From Bdellovibrionota bacterium (GTDB taxonomy: Bacteria; Bdellovibrionota_C; UBA2361; JBGSMV01), in assembly GCA_041739995.1 (NCBI GenBank), contig JBGSMV010000047.1:160001-224000 (forward strand): 64,000 bases of DNA. Reading direction: 5' to 3'. How positions within the stretch are numbered: position 1 is the stretch's first letter; each line of letters begins with the position of its first letter. This document shows positions 42,235 through 52,368 of the stretch, one piece after another. The notes below the pieces were generated by a model. The model searched no databases. It saw only the letters and a list, made by a program, of their open reading frames with translations, and was not told where the DNA came from. Made by a program: the position numbers and the translations under genes.

Positions 42235-43899
42235 CTACATCCCAAGGCGTTTGAGGTTCTCAGGTTTTCGTGCCGATGGAGCCTCTGGCTTCTGTGCTTC
42301 GCCATTTGTGGCTGGGGCCTGCTCCTCTTTTACCTTCTCGGCAGGCTCATGGTAGGCGATGCGTTGGTGATATATTCCCGTGAGCACGCGGGTGAAACTG
42401 CGCGCAATTTTATTAAGGTCTTTTAGTGTAAGGTCACATTCATTCAGCTCGCCGCTCGAAAAAACCTTATTGATCATCTTCTGCACTAACCCTTGAATGC
42501 GGTCGTGAGTTGGATCGGAAAGGGTTCTTGTCGCCGCTTCGATGCCGTCTGCGAGCATAAGAATTCCCGCCTCGCGCGTCTGTGGCCGAGGTCCGGGATA
42601 GCGGTAGAGACTCTCGTCAACTGAATCAAGCGGGAGTCCCGCTTCTTCGGCCTCTTTAATGGCTTTGTCATAAAAGAACTCAATGCGTGAAGTGCCATGG
42701 TGCTGGGGGATCATGTCTTCAAGCGCCTTGGGCAGTCCTTGCTTGCGCGCGAGCTCAATGCCGTCTTTTACATGACTGCGAATGATCAGTGCGGACATAG
42801 AAGTGCTCAAGCGCTCATGGCGGTTTTCCCCTGGAGGAGCATTCTCTATAAAATAAAGCGGCTTCTTAATTTTTCCGATGTCGTGAAAATAAGCACCTAC
42901 GCGTGAGAGCACCGGATTTCCGCCAATCTCTGAAGCAGCGGCTTCAGCCATCATGCCCATCACGGTAGAGTGATTCCATGTTCCAGGTGCTTGTACACTG
43001 AGCTCTTTAAGCAGTGGATGATCCAATGTCGCCATCTCAATCAGGCGCATATCAGTAACGTATCCGCCTAAGTGTTCAATGAGAGGCGCACAGCCAGAGA
43101 CCACAAATACGCATAAAACACCGCCAAGAAAGGTGGCGATAAGAGCGGTGATGCCGACAGACGGCGCGGGGTGCTCGGCTCCAAGAAAGAAAGCGAGCGC
43201 AAAAGGAAGAGCAACTAAAATAATCTGCATGCCGGCTTTGACGTTTGCCGAGCGGGAGCGAAACTGAGAAAGGCTTAAGCAACCCACAAGGCAGGTCACC
43301 AGCACAAAGGGTGCAGTTACTCCGGCTGCAGGCGAATATACTGCCACAGTGAAGGCGAGCGTGAGGGTAAAGAGCAGTCCGTAGTGAAAGCCCAAGACCG
43401 ATTGCAGCAGCATTGCACCAGCTGCGTATGGAATCGCAAATGCCAGCGCTTCGGCAGGTACCGAATTCACGGATTTCCCGGCCCCGAAACGAAAGAAGGC
43501 AGAAACGCTTTCAGCCACTAAAGTGCCGAACCAAATCATCGCAATCGAAAGCAATACGACGATGGTAAGCGAAGAAAGGTCCCTCACGGTTGGGTGGTAG
43601 GTGGGAGTGCTGATGGCGATAAAACGCTGCAAAAAGAAAAAGGCGACGAATAACGTCACGACTCTGCCCACCGCAGCGAGTGACCCAGTCGCCCCCACTA
43701 CTTCTTGCATAGAAAACTGATGCAGCATTGCTTCTCCGGCGAATGCCGCTACGAACGCAAACAACAATCCGTGGAGAGTGACCGAATAGAGAAAGCTTTT
43801 TGAAGAAGCGGAAGAGCTCCCAGAGCTTGGCGCAGACACACTCGAAGTCGACGTCGATGCCGCTGGTGCCGCGGGAGCATTGGGGGTTGAATTACTCAT
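42235..43899 (-). CDS. 7TM-HDIG phosphohydrolase (PgpH-like) without a large extracellular domain
   Basis: Several TM helices, then HPLLKEL..APGTWNHS, YFHDIGK, QHHGT, YPGPRPQ, MLAD..EAA. Confidence 0.88.
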   Translation of the reverse strand: MSNSTPNAPAAPAASTSTSSVSAPSSGSSSASSKSFLYSVTLHGLLFAFVAAFAGEAMLHQFSMQEVVGATGSLAAVGRVVTLFVAFFFLQRFIAISTPTYHPTVRDLSSLTIVVLLSIAMIWFGTLVAESVSAFFRFGAGKSVNSVPAEALAFAIPYAAGAMLLQSVLGFHYGLLFTLTLAFTVAVYSPAAGVTAPFVLVTCLVGCLSLSQFRSRSANVKAGMQIILVALPFALAFFLGAEHPAPSVGITALIATFLGGVLCVFVVSGCAPLIEHLGGYVTDMRLIEMATLDHPLLKELSVQAPGTWNHSTVMGMMAEAAASEIGGNPVLSRVGAYFHDIGKIKKPLYFIENAPPGENRHERLSTSMSALIIRSHVKDGIELARKQGLPKALEDMIPQHHGTSRIEFFYDKAIKEAEEAGLPLDSVDESLYRYPGPRPQTREAGILMLADGIEAATRTLSDPTHDRIQGLVQKMINKVFSSGELNECDLTLKDLNKIARSFTRVLTGIYHQRIAYHEPAEKVKEEQAPATNGEAQKPEAPSARKPENLKRLGM

Positions 43900-43907
43900 C
43901 TTTGAAG

Positions 43908-44933
43908 CTATGACTCGAGGCGCTCTTTGTTCTCGTATGCAGCGACAATCCTTGCTACCACCGGATGGCGAATTACATCCGTGTCGGAGAAGTATACGAA
44001 AGATATATCGGCAACGCCGCGCAAAGTATTGACCGCTTCGGACAGCCCAGAGCCCTGGCCGCGCGGTAGGTCAATTTGAGTAATGTCTCCTGTTACCACG
44101 CACTTAGAGCCGAATCCGAGTCGAGTAAGGAACATTTTCATTTGAACCGGAGTGGTATTTTGCGCCTCATCTAAAATTACAAAAGCGTTTGAAAGTGTTC
44201 TACCGCGCATAAAGGCCAGTGGCGCAACTTCAATTACCCCCTTCTCAACTAGCTCTTTGGCCCTTTCAAAGTCCACCATGTCGTGAAGCGCGTCATACAG
44301 AGGGCGAAGGTAAGGGTTAACTTTCTCGGCCAAGTCCCCTGGAAGGAACCCTAGCTTCTCGCCGGCTTCAACCGCAGGGCGGCAGAGAATAATGCGTTTC
44401 ACTTCCTTTTGGGCGAGTGCGGCTACAGCCATTGCCATGGCGAGATAGGTCTTTCCCGTACCCGCGGGGCCAATACCAAAAACGATGTCGTGAGCCTTAA
44501 TTGCCTCGACGTAATTCTTCTGCTGAAAAGTTTTTGGGGTAATACTGTGCTTTCGACCAGCGACTTTTACCTGGTCTCTAAAAAGCTCTTCGAGACGAAG
44601 CTTCCTATCGCCCGAAAGCATTTTAATTGCTCTTTCAAGATCACCTTTGAAAAGCACTTCGCCTTTGTCGATGAGATCTCTTAGCTGTGCAAGTAGATCC
44701 TGAGCGAGATCGACTTCATAGTCTTGCCCGGAAAGAATGAGACCCTCACCGTCGCGGCCGATCTTGACGCCTAGTTCGTTCTCTATAATTCGAAAATTAG
44801 AATCCTGCTCTCCGCCCAATGTCTGAAGGGTTGAGGGGTTTGGAAAAGCGACGTGGACTCCTCGCTCATCACCGCACAGCTGTCCTGAACGCGGTTTACT
44901 TGATTTCGATCCTGATGAGCTAGTTCCTGCCAC
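43908..44933 (-). CDS. phoH: PhoH family ATPase (YbeZ-like)
   Basis: GPAGTGKT, RPAVEAGEKLGFLPG, AFMRGRTL, LDEAQN, GDITQIDLP. Confidence 0.93.
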   Translation of the reverse strand: MAGTSSSGSKSSKPRSGQLCGDERGVHVAFPNPSTLQTLGGEQDSNFRIIENELGVKIGRDGEGLILSGQDYEVDLAQDLLAQLRDLIDKGEVLFKGDLERAIKMLSGDRKLRLEELFRDQVKVAGRKHSITPKTFQQKNYVEAIKAHDIVFGIGPAGTGKTYLAMAMAVAALAQKEVKRIILCRPAVEAGEKLGFLPGDLAEKVNPYLRPLYDALHDMVDFERAKELVEKGVIEVAPLAFMRGRTLSNAFVILDEAQNTTPVQMKMFLTRLGFGSKCVVTGDITQIDLPRGQGSGLSEAVNTLRGVADISFVYFSDTDVIRHPVVARIVAAYENKERLES

Positions 44934-44956
44934 TACGCAATCCTTACCCTTTTAGT

Positions 44957-47602
44957 CTAAGAAAGCATCTCTAATATTTTTGCCAAAGATGCGGATAGTT
45001 GCGCGGGGTTCACGCCGCCCGCTTGAGCGAAATCTGGGCGTCCGCCACCTTTACCACCACCCACTTCTGCGGCTGCTTTAATTAGCTTTCCAGCGTGTAC
45101 AGAGCCCGTCAAGTCCGACGTGACCCCAGCCACAATTACACAAGCATCCCCTTGAGGGGCACCAAGCACAACCACTCCCGACCCAATGCTCACTCTTAAC
45201 TTGTCTACCATACTCCGCAGAGTGTCATTATCGGCGGCTTCAACTTTGCGGCTGATGATTTTAATGCCCTTAGGCGTGGTGTGAACTTCCTTGGCGAGGT
45301 CATCAACAGCACTGGCCGCCAGCTTGCCCCGAGTTTGCTCAAGCTCAGTTTCGAGCGAGCGCACACGTGACTGCAGCTTTTCTACTTTATCCAGAATCTG
45401 CTCTCGACTTCCTTTGAGTAAAGAGGCGAGTGCCTCTTGCCCTTGTTGATCGTGTACCAACGCTTCGTATGCAGCGCGGCCTGCCAAGCACTCGATGCGC
45501 CTGACGCCTGCAGCAATACCCGCCTCGTGCGCAATCGTAACAAACCCGATATCACCGCTACGGGTTACGTGAGTACCTCCGCACAATTCAAGTGAGCGCG
45601 GTCCGATGTGAACCACACGCACATGAGAGCCATACTTCTCGCCAAACAACGCCATGGCTCCTGACTTCATGGCTTCTTCAACCGGCATTTCCTTGGTGAC
45701 TACGGCATGATTCTCTCGAATCTCAGCGTTAACTATCGATTGAATTTCAGAAAGTTGAACCGAAGTCACCGGCTCAAAATGGCTATAATCGAAACGGAGA
45801 CTCGAGTCATCAACCTTAGATCCTGCTTGCTTCACATGAGTGCCGAGCACCTTGCGTAACGCCGCGTGTACTAAATGTGTTGCAGAGTGGTGAGCGCGAA
45901 TCTCGTTGCGGCGCGCCGTATCTATAACTAAGTGAGCCTTCTTGTTCAGAAGGGAATCTACCGCGGTGCTTATCGCTGCCTTGCAGTAATGTACAAAGAA
46001 CTTATCTTGAACTTTTTGAACGTCAATGACCTCTAAAGTAACGGCAGCCTTCCCCGAGCCGAAGGCAATAGAGCCAGTATCTGCGACCTGTCCGCCGGAC
46101 TCGGCATAAAACGGAGTAGAGTCAAAAACAAGGGCACACTCGTCAGCAGTCGCGCCCGGGAAGTGCTGCAACAGTGTGCACTCAGCTTCAGTCGAGTCGT
46201 AGCCAAGAAATTTGGTCGGCGCGACTGTAATTTGAAGAGTTGAAAAGCTTAAATTCTGACTCTTGCGATCATCTCTTGAACGAGATTTTTGAGCCTGCAT
46301 CTGCTCTTCAAAACCTGCGACATCTATCGTGCGCCCAAAGCTTTTCAGTGCATCTTGGGTTAAGTCCAAGGGGAATCCGTAAGTGTCATGCAGCAAGAAT
46401 GCCGTCGCACCAGGAAACTGTTCTGAAGAACTAAGTTTCTCAACTTCGCGCTTTAAGATTCCGAGGCCTGAGTCGAGAGTTTCATGGAATTTCCGCTCCT
46501 CGGCTTCTACTACACGCTCAATCACATCTCTTCGTTGTAAGAGCTCAGGGTAGGTATCCCCAAGAATTGAAATAACTGTTCCTGTGGTGGCACGAAGAAA
46601 GGGCTCTCTCAACCCAAGACTTTGTCCATGACGAATAGCGCGGCGCATAATGCGCCTTAGGATATATGCGCGACCGTCACTGCCTGGCAGCACACCGTCA
46701 GCGATAATAGCTGCCATTGCGCGGGAATGGTCGGCGATTACGCGCATGGCTACGTCGTGCACATATTGCGTATCTGCGCCGTGATGAGGAGCGTCAAAAC
46801 GCGAACCTTCGTAGCGATGCCCGCTCAATGATTCACAGGTCGAAATGATCGGTCGCAGAAGGTCTGAATCGTAATTGGACCGCGCGTTTTGCAAGACGGC
46901 TGCAACCCGCTCGAGCCCCATGCCGGTGTCTACTGACGGTTTCGGGAGGGGGGTTAGTTTTCCTGATGCGTTGCGATCGAACTGCATGAACACCAGATTC
47001 CAAATCTCAAGAAAGCTCGAATCGCCCGCTTTAAGCATAGCTTCGGTGTTTTTAGATTCATCGCTACCGCAGAAATAATGAATTTCGGTGCACGGACCAC
47101 AGGGGCCAGTGTCGCCCATGGTCCAAAAATTCTCGGCTTCGCCAAGACGGATAATGCGTTGTTTGTCGACCGAAGTTAAATCGGCCCAAAGTTTTCCCGC
47201 TTCGTCGTCCTTTTCGAATATCGTTACCCACAACTTTGAAGCGGGGATGCCTAATACCTTAGTCACAAACTCCCAGCCGTACTTTATTGCGTCTGCTTTA
47301 AAATAGTCGCCGAAGGAGAAGTTGCCGAGCATTTCAAAGAAAGTGTGATGGCGCGCTGTGACGCCGACGTTCTCAAAGTCGTTGTGCTTGCCCGCGATAC
47401 GCATCACTTTTTGGCAGGTCACGGCGCGGCGATAGGGGCGAGTTTCGGCGCCGAGAAAGCAGTCCTTAAACTGATTCATCCCGGCGTTGGTGTACATGAG
47501 CGTAGGGTCGTCGTGAGGGACAAGGGACGAGCTGGGCACTTCGGTGTGTCCGTTATCACTGAAGTACTTAATGAAGGCTTGGCGAATCTCTGAACTTTTC
47601 AT
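44957..47602 (-). CDS. alaS: Alanyl-tRNA synthetase
   Basis: HHTFFEMLGNFSFGDYFK, DTGMGLER, HSATH, ELCGGTH, GKGGGRPDFAQAG. Confidence 0.98.
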   Translation of the reverse strand: MKSSEIRQAFIKYFSDNGHTEVPSSSLVPHDDPTLMYTNAGMNQFKDCFLGAETRPYRRAVTCQKVMRIAGKHNDFENVGVTARHHTFFEMLGNFSFGDYFKADAIKYGWEFVTKVLGIPASKLWVTIFEKDDEAGKLWADLTSVDKQRIIRLGEAENFWTMGDTGPCGPCTEIHYFCGSDESKNTEAMLKAGDSSFLEIWNLVFMQFDRNASGKLTPLPKPSVDTGMGLERVAAVLQNARSNYDSDLLRPIISTCESLSGHRYEGSRFDAPHHGADTQYVHDVAMRVIADHSRAMAAIIADGVLPGSDGRAYILRRIMRRAIRHGQSLGLREPFLRATTGTVISILGDTYPELLQRRDVIERVVEAEERKFHETLDSGLGILKREVEKLSSSEQFPGATAFLLHDTYGFPLDLTQDALKSFGRTIDVAGFEEQMQAQKSRSRDDRKSQNLSFSTLQITVAPTKFLGYDSTEAECTLLQHFPGATADECALVFDSTPFYAESGGQVADTGSIAFGSGKAAVTLEVIDVQKVQDKFFVHYCKAAISTAVDSLLNKKAHLVIDTARRNEIRAHHSATHLVHAALRKVLGTHVKQAGSKVDDSSLRFDYSHFEPVTSVQLSEIQSIVNAEIRENHAVVTKEMPVEEAMKSGAMALFGEKYGSHVRVVHIGPRSLELCGGTHVTRSGDIGFVTIAHEAGIAAGVRRIECLAGRAAYEALVHDQQGQEALASLLKGSREQILDKVEKLQSRVRSLETELEQTRGKLAASAVDDLAKEVHTTPKGIKIISRKVEAADNDTLRSMVDKLRVSIGSGVVVLGAPQGDACVIVAGVTSDLTGSVHAGKLIKAAAEVGGGKGGGRPDFAQAGGVNPAQLSASLAKILEMLS

Positions 47603-47736
47603 TTGGAATCAATTCTAATCATTACTTACTAGGCTATAGCTTAGACACTATTTTGAGACAGAAATTGCAGTTTTGCATAGGAAAAACCGCTGATAACACT
47701 AAAAGTAGCTCTTAAGCCCCATACCGATGGCAAGCC

Positions 47737-49392
47737 TCATGTATTCACAAAATCGATCAGTTGAATATCCGGGTTTCGTTCCAGCATGAAGTTCTTCTCC
47801 CACTCGCCTGTGAACAATATGACCACGCGCCCCTTGGCATCGAGAGCCATAAAGGAGCTTTGCGGGCGGCGTAGATCGCGAGGATTTCCCCCTACCAGAT
47901 ATGAGCTAAAGCGATAGGGGAGAAGGTCGAGCTGGGTTTTAACCCCGTACTCCTCCTCTAATCGAAACTTCAGTACATCGAACTGCAATTGGCCAACGGC
48001 AGCGACATAAGGCGTGCCCTCAGGTTGCTCGAACGAGCGCAGTATTTGGACGGCGCCTTCAAGGCTGAGCTGCTCCATGCCTTTGATGAATGATTTATGT
48101 CGAAGTGCATCCAGCGGCCGAATCTGGGCGATTACTTCCGGGGGAAAACTTGGCATTGGCTTAAAATTGAAACCGCCTTCGAGGGAAATAGTATCGCCTA
48201 TAGCAAACGCTCCTGGGTTGATGACTCCAACCACATCACCTGGATAAGCGATGTCAGTGGTGTTGCGGTCTTGAGCCACCAAGCTGTAGGCCCGAGAGAG
48301 GCGAACTTCCTTGCCGAGGCGATGATGCTTCACCGACATGTCGCGTTCAAAGCGTCCGCTGCATATGCGAATGAACGCCATGCTGTCGCGATGCTTAGAA
48401 TTCATGTTGGCTTGTATCTTAAATACAAATCCGCTGAAGGCGTGTGTCGCAGGGTCAATCACCACTTCAGGCTGATCAGTGGCAACTTCGCCCAAGCCCC
48501 TTCCGCGATTCTCTGGGGCAAGGTTTGCTACATAAGAGCGAGGGCTAGGAGCGAGCGCAGTAAAACTGTCAAAGAATGGCTCTACACCGAAGTTAGTGAG
48601 CGCTGATCCAAAGAAAACAGGAGTAAGTTTTCCCGCAAGGAACGCTTCGTTATCAAAGGTATTTCCCGCAGCTTCTTGAAGTTCAAGATCTTCTTTAGCT
48701 TTGGCGAGCACGTCCGAATCGATTCGTTCCACTTTAGCGAGCTGGTCGAGTGCTATCTGTTCAACGATTGCCTTTTGAGCACCACCTTGTTGAGAGCGAC
48801 TAAAGAGCTGAACAGTCTTTGTCGCGAGCTCTACGACACCGACGAATGAGCGTCCTGATCCGATTGGCCAGTTCATTGGAGTTGCTTGAATGCCAAGCGC
48901 TTCCTCGACCTCGGTCATGAGGTCCAGAGGATCTCGACCAGGCAAATCCATTTTGTTCACAAAGGTAAGAATTGGAATGCCACGCATGCGACACACGGCG
49001 AACAGTTTTCGCGTTTGGTTTTCGACACCCTTGGCAGCATCAATCACCATGATGGCGCTGTCTGCGGCGGTCAGAGTTCTGTAGGTGTCTTCACTGAAAT
49101 CTTGGTGACCAGGAGTGTCGAGTACATTAATGACATGGCCCTTGTACTGAAACTGCATTGCCGAGGCGGTGATGCTGATACCGCGCTCTTGCTCCATCGC
49201 CATCCAGTCCGAGCTGGCTGCCTTTCCGCCCTTGCGCGCTCTGACCATGCCTGCGGTGCGCAGCATGCCTGAGTAAAGCAGCAGCTTCTCTGTCAGAGTG
49301 GTTTTACCGGCGTCGGGGTGACTGATGATGGCGAACGTACGTCTTAGAGAAGCTTCTGACTGTACTTCAGCGGGAGAGGCGAATTCTTGCAT
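47737..49392 (-). CDS. prfC: Peptide chain release factor 3
   Basis: RRTFAIISHPDAGKTTLTEKLL, DTPGHQDFSEDTYR, FKIQANM..HRD. Confidence 0.97.
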   Translation of the reverse strand: MQEFASPAEVQSEASLRRTFAIISHPDAGKTTLTEKLLLYSGMLRTAGMVRARKGGKAASSDWMAMEQERGISITASAMQFQYKGHVINVLDTPGHQDFSEDTYRTLTAADSAIMVIDAAKGVENQTRKLFAVCRMRGIPILTFVNKMDLPGRDPLDLMTEVEEALGIQATPMNWPIGSGRSFVGVVELATKTVQLFSRSQQGGAQKAIVEQIALDQLAKVERIDSDVLAKAKEDLELQEAAGNTFDNEAFLAGKLTPVFFGSALTNFGVEPFFDSFTALAPSPRSYVANLAPENRGRGLGEVATDQPEVVIDPATHAFSGFVFKIQANMNSKHRDSMAFIRICSGRFERDMSVKHHRLGKEVRLSRAYSLVAQDRNTTDIAYPGDVVGVINPGAFAIGDTISLEGGFNFKPMPSFPPEVIAQIRPLDALRHKSFIKGMEQLSLEGAVQILRSFEQPEGTPYVAAVGQLQFDVLKFRLEEEYGVKTQLDLLPYRFSSYLVGGNPRDLRRPQSSFMALDAKGRVVILFTGEWEKNFMLERNPDIQLIDFVNT

Positions 49393-49706
49393 GGAACCAA
49401 AAATTTAGACCAAAAGTTTAAAATTCTACTGGAAAACACTGCCGAAAGCCCCGAAGGACTCTGTGCGGTCGATTGCCCCCTACGGAGACGCCTAAAACTA
49501 TCTGGATTGAGGGATATTTGCTATCGCCTGAGGGCGTTCTGGGCGGGTTCTAAGGCAATACCAAGGGTGGGCGGGGGAGAGGACAAAAACGGCAAACTGA
49601 GGAAGAAAAGCCAGCCTTTCGCGTTTTGAGCGCTTCGGCTTGGTTATCTCCTAGATTTTCTGGGCTATATCTTCGGCTAGGCGCCTAAGAGAGTTCATAG
49701 CTCATC

Positions 49707-50162
49707 ATGACATCACCTCCTGTTGGATCTACCGTAAAACTTCGACGTACTCGTACGACCGGTATTGTCGAGAAAGTGAGCGGAGATTGGGTCGAGCTGT
49801 TGGTGGGCTCGGTACGGATGCGTGCCAGAATGTCGGAGGTTGAACTTAGTGCGCCAACTTCAAAGAAGGAAGAGACCACCACGCGATCCAAGCCATACAC
49901 TCTAGTAGCCGATTCAAGACATACGCCAGAATCGATAGATCTCCACGGACTCCGTGTTCATGAAGCGCTCTTGAAGACTGAAGAAGCCATAGACCGAGCA
50001 CTGCTTGCGGGGCTTTCTAGACTCTCGATAATTCACGGCGTAGGAATGGGAAAGATAATGGATGCGCTAGACGGGCTTCTGCCTCAGCTACCTTCTGTGG
50101 CGCATTTTGCAAGAGACACCAAGAATCCAGGCGTTACGCATGTGTATTTCCATGCGGCGTGA
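49707..50162 (+). CDS. Stand-alone KOW-like plus Smr domain protein (MutS2 C-terminus-like)
   Basis: VGSTVKL...GIVEKV..VELLVGSVRM; IDLHGLRVHEAL...IIHGVGMG...GVT. Confidence 0.8.
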   Translation: MTSPPVGSTVKLRRTRTTGIVEKVSGDWVELLVGSVRMRARMSEVELSAPTSKKEETTTRSKPYTLVADSRHTPESIDLHGLRVHEALLKTEEAIDRALLAGLSRLSIIHGVGMGKIMDALDGLLPQLPSVAHFARDTKNPGVTHVYFHAA

Positions 50163-50197
50163 GCGATGTGTGATCACCCGGTAGAGTGGTCTTTACA

Positions 50198-51382
50198 TTA
50201 CTCTGGATTGGCGACTTCTTGGAAGTTTTCTGCGAGAACCTCTCCAGTCAACTTGGCCACTTCCGTGAGCTCCTCTGCGCTGATGGTAAGCGGCGGCAGG
50301 AAGCGAATCACGGTAGGTCCGGCCGGAATCGCAAGCACGCCTCGTTCCATAAGCTTTGCGATATAGGGGGTGCTCTTTTCCTTTAGTTGCAAGCCAATCA
50401 TCAGTCCTAGATTTCGAATCTCTCTCACCTTAGGAGAGCTCAAGGCACGTAGTTGCTCTACGAAGGCCTTTCCCTTCTTAGAGGCAGTAGCTGCAAGATC
50501 ATGCTTTTGCATATAGCGGATAGTGGCGAGAGCGGCGGCGCAGGCAAGCGGATTTCCTCCAAAGGTCGTGCCGTGCTGCCCAATGTCCAAACATACTTTT
50601 GAGTTAGAAAGCACCGCGCCCATTGGAACGCCACCTGCAATGGATTTTGCGAGGCACAGAATGTCAGGCTCTACCCCATACTGTTCAAAAGCAAACATAG
50701 AACCCGTGCGACAAAACCCAGTCTGAATCTCGTCTAGAATCAACAGAGCTCCCCGCTCAGAGCAAATTTTACGTACTTGCTGCAAGTACTCTTGGTCTGC
50801 GACATAAACCCCGCCTTCACCTTGAACCACCTCAAGAATAACACCTGCCACCTTGTCATCGCAGGCATTACTGAAAGCTTCTAAGTTGTTAAAGGGCACG
50901 TGCTTAAACCCAGGAACCAATGGCTCAAAGCCTTCGCGGTACTTTGGATTATGCGTGGCGCTTAGCGCGCCCATGCTGCGGCCATGAAAACCACGCACTG
51001 CGGCAATGAAATCTGTGCGCCGCGTACTTGCCCGCGCAAACTTAATAGCGGCCTCGATTGCTTCTGTCCCTGAGTTGCAGAGAAAAACGCGATTCAGTGA
51101 CTTAGGGCCGAGCGAGGCCAGCAGCTCAAACAGCTCGGAGCGTGCCTGGTGGTGGAATATCCCGGTGCAGCTCAGTAGTTGACGCGACTGTGCGCAAATA
51201 GCTTCCACTACCTCAGGATTGCAGTGCCCGACATTTATGGAGCCGGAACCGGAAGAGCAGTCAATGTATGAGCGACCCGCGCTATCCCACAGACGCGATC
51301 CTTCACCACGGACAAGCGTGATTCCACGCTTAGGGTAAATCGCAAGCTCATACTGATCGGAGAGTTCGGCAGCGTTAACCAT
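50198..51382 (-). CDS. lysJ: LysW-aminoadipate-semialdehyde aminotransferase (class III PLP; LysJ/ArgD family)
   Basis: [39 protein letters not shown]; lysW operon context. Confidence 0.85.
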   Translation of the reverse strand: MVNAAELSDQYELAIYPKRGITLVRGEGSRLWDSAGRSYIDCSSGSGSINVGHCNPEVVEAICAQSRQLLSCTGIFHHQARSELFELLASLGPKSLNRVFLCNSGTEAIEAAIKFARASTRRTDFIAAVRGFHGRSMGALSATHNPKYREGFEPLVPGFKHVPFNNLEAFSNACDDKVAGVILEVVQGEGGVYVADQEYLQQVRKICSERGALLILDEIQTGFCRTGSMFAFEQYGVEPDILCLAKSIAGGVPMGAVLSNSKVCLDIGQHGTTFGGNPLACAAALATIRYMQKHDLAATASKKGKAFVEQLRALSSPKVREIRNLGLMIGLQLKEKSTPYIAKLMERGVLAIPAGPTVIRFLPPLTISAEELTEVAKLTGEVLAENFQEVANPE

Positions 51383-51419
51383 GGGAGAGCCTGTTAAAGT
51401 TGAAAATCGTTGAAAATTT

Positions 51420-51505
51420 AAATCTTAGTGGTCTTGGTGGTGCAAACAGAGCCTAGAAATCGCCCTAAATTTGATTAAACCACGAAGCCCAATAAGCGCA
51501 CGAAG
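51420..51505 (+). repeat. Intergenic REP-like element, copy 1
   Basis: AAATCTTAGTGG...TGCAAACAGAGCCTAGAAATCGCCCTAAATTTGATTAAACCACGAAGC...GCACGAA; inverted homolog at 53066-53137. Confidence 0.75.
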
Positions 51506-51576
51506 TTAGAAACATTGGTTGTTCAGAAGCTCCATAGGTCTACTAAGTTCCTGCTCATCGCCCTTTGAATACCTAC

Positions 51577-52368
51577 CTATTGAATAACAGTGCCTTGGCC
51601 CTCAAGCGCGCGCTGAAGCGGATTTGTCACGCGACCATCCGCAATCACCACTTTAGACTCGGACGTAGTCAGCAGACGCGAAATTGCCATTAGCTTACGA
51701 CGAAAGCGACCCTGTGCGGTGCTTTCACGCGCAGCAAGTTCAGAGCGAGTGAGTTTTGCAATGACTGAACCAGAATCTTCTGCATTATTCAGAAAACCTG
51801 GAGCTTCAATAAACTGCACTACGGTATCCGCCTTGCACGCGACCTGAAGCAACGCGACGATGTCGTCATTTTCCGAATTAATAGCATAACCATCCGCATC
51901 GAGAATGGGAACGGTGATAACAGGCACGTACCCATTGTCTAAAAGCATTTGAAGCAGCTGTTGGTTGACTGATCGTGGTTTGCCCGAAAAATCTCGCACC
52001 ATAATGGTCTTGCCATTCTGCCGCACGCGTATTCCCGCATTTCGCTCGCCGCGAATAAGCTGGCCATCAATACCTGAGAGACCAATCGCATTTACCCCGT
52101 GACGCTGAAAGAGCTCCACTAAGCGCTTGTTGCGTAGCCCGGCGTATGACATGCACATCAAGTCGATTAGTTCTTCGTCACTTTGAACACTCGAAATTCC
52201 TGAGGCGGATTCGAGCGTGGTTATGGTGGTACAAAGCTTCTTGGCAAGGCTGTCCCTTAAGGCATTGGCGCCGTGCACTACCAAAAAAGGCTGTTTGTAT
52301 TGGGCGAGGTCTTTAACAATCTCTTCGAGGTTAATCGAGGCACCTCCGCCGATTTTCACAATCATCAT
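51577..52368 (-). CDS. lysZ: LysW-aminoadipate kinase
   Basis: MMIVKIGG, VVHGA, GLSGIDG, amino-acid kinase fold; ATG overlaps the upstream TGA (ATGA). Confidence 0.9.
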   Translation of the reverse strand: MMIVKIGGGASINLEEIVKDLAQYKQPFLVVHGANALRDSLAKKLCTTITTLESASGISSVQSDEELIDLMCMSYAGLRNKRLVELFQRHGVNAIGLSGIDGQLIRGERNAGIRVRQNGKTIMVRDFSGKPRSVNQQLLQMLLDNGYVPVITVPILDADGYAINSENDDIVALLQVACKADTVVQFIEAPGFLNNAEDSGSVIAKLTRSELAARESTAQGRFRRKLMAISRLLTTSESKVVIADGRVTNPLQRALEGQGTVIQ

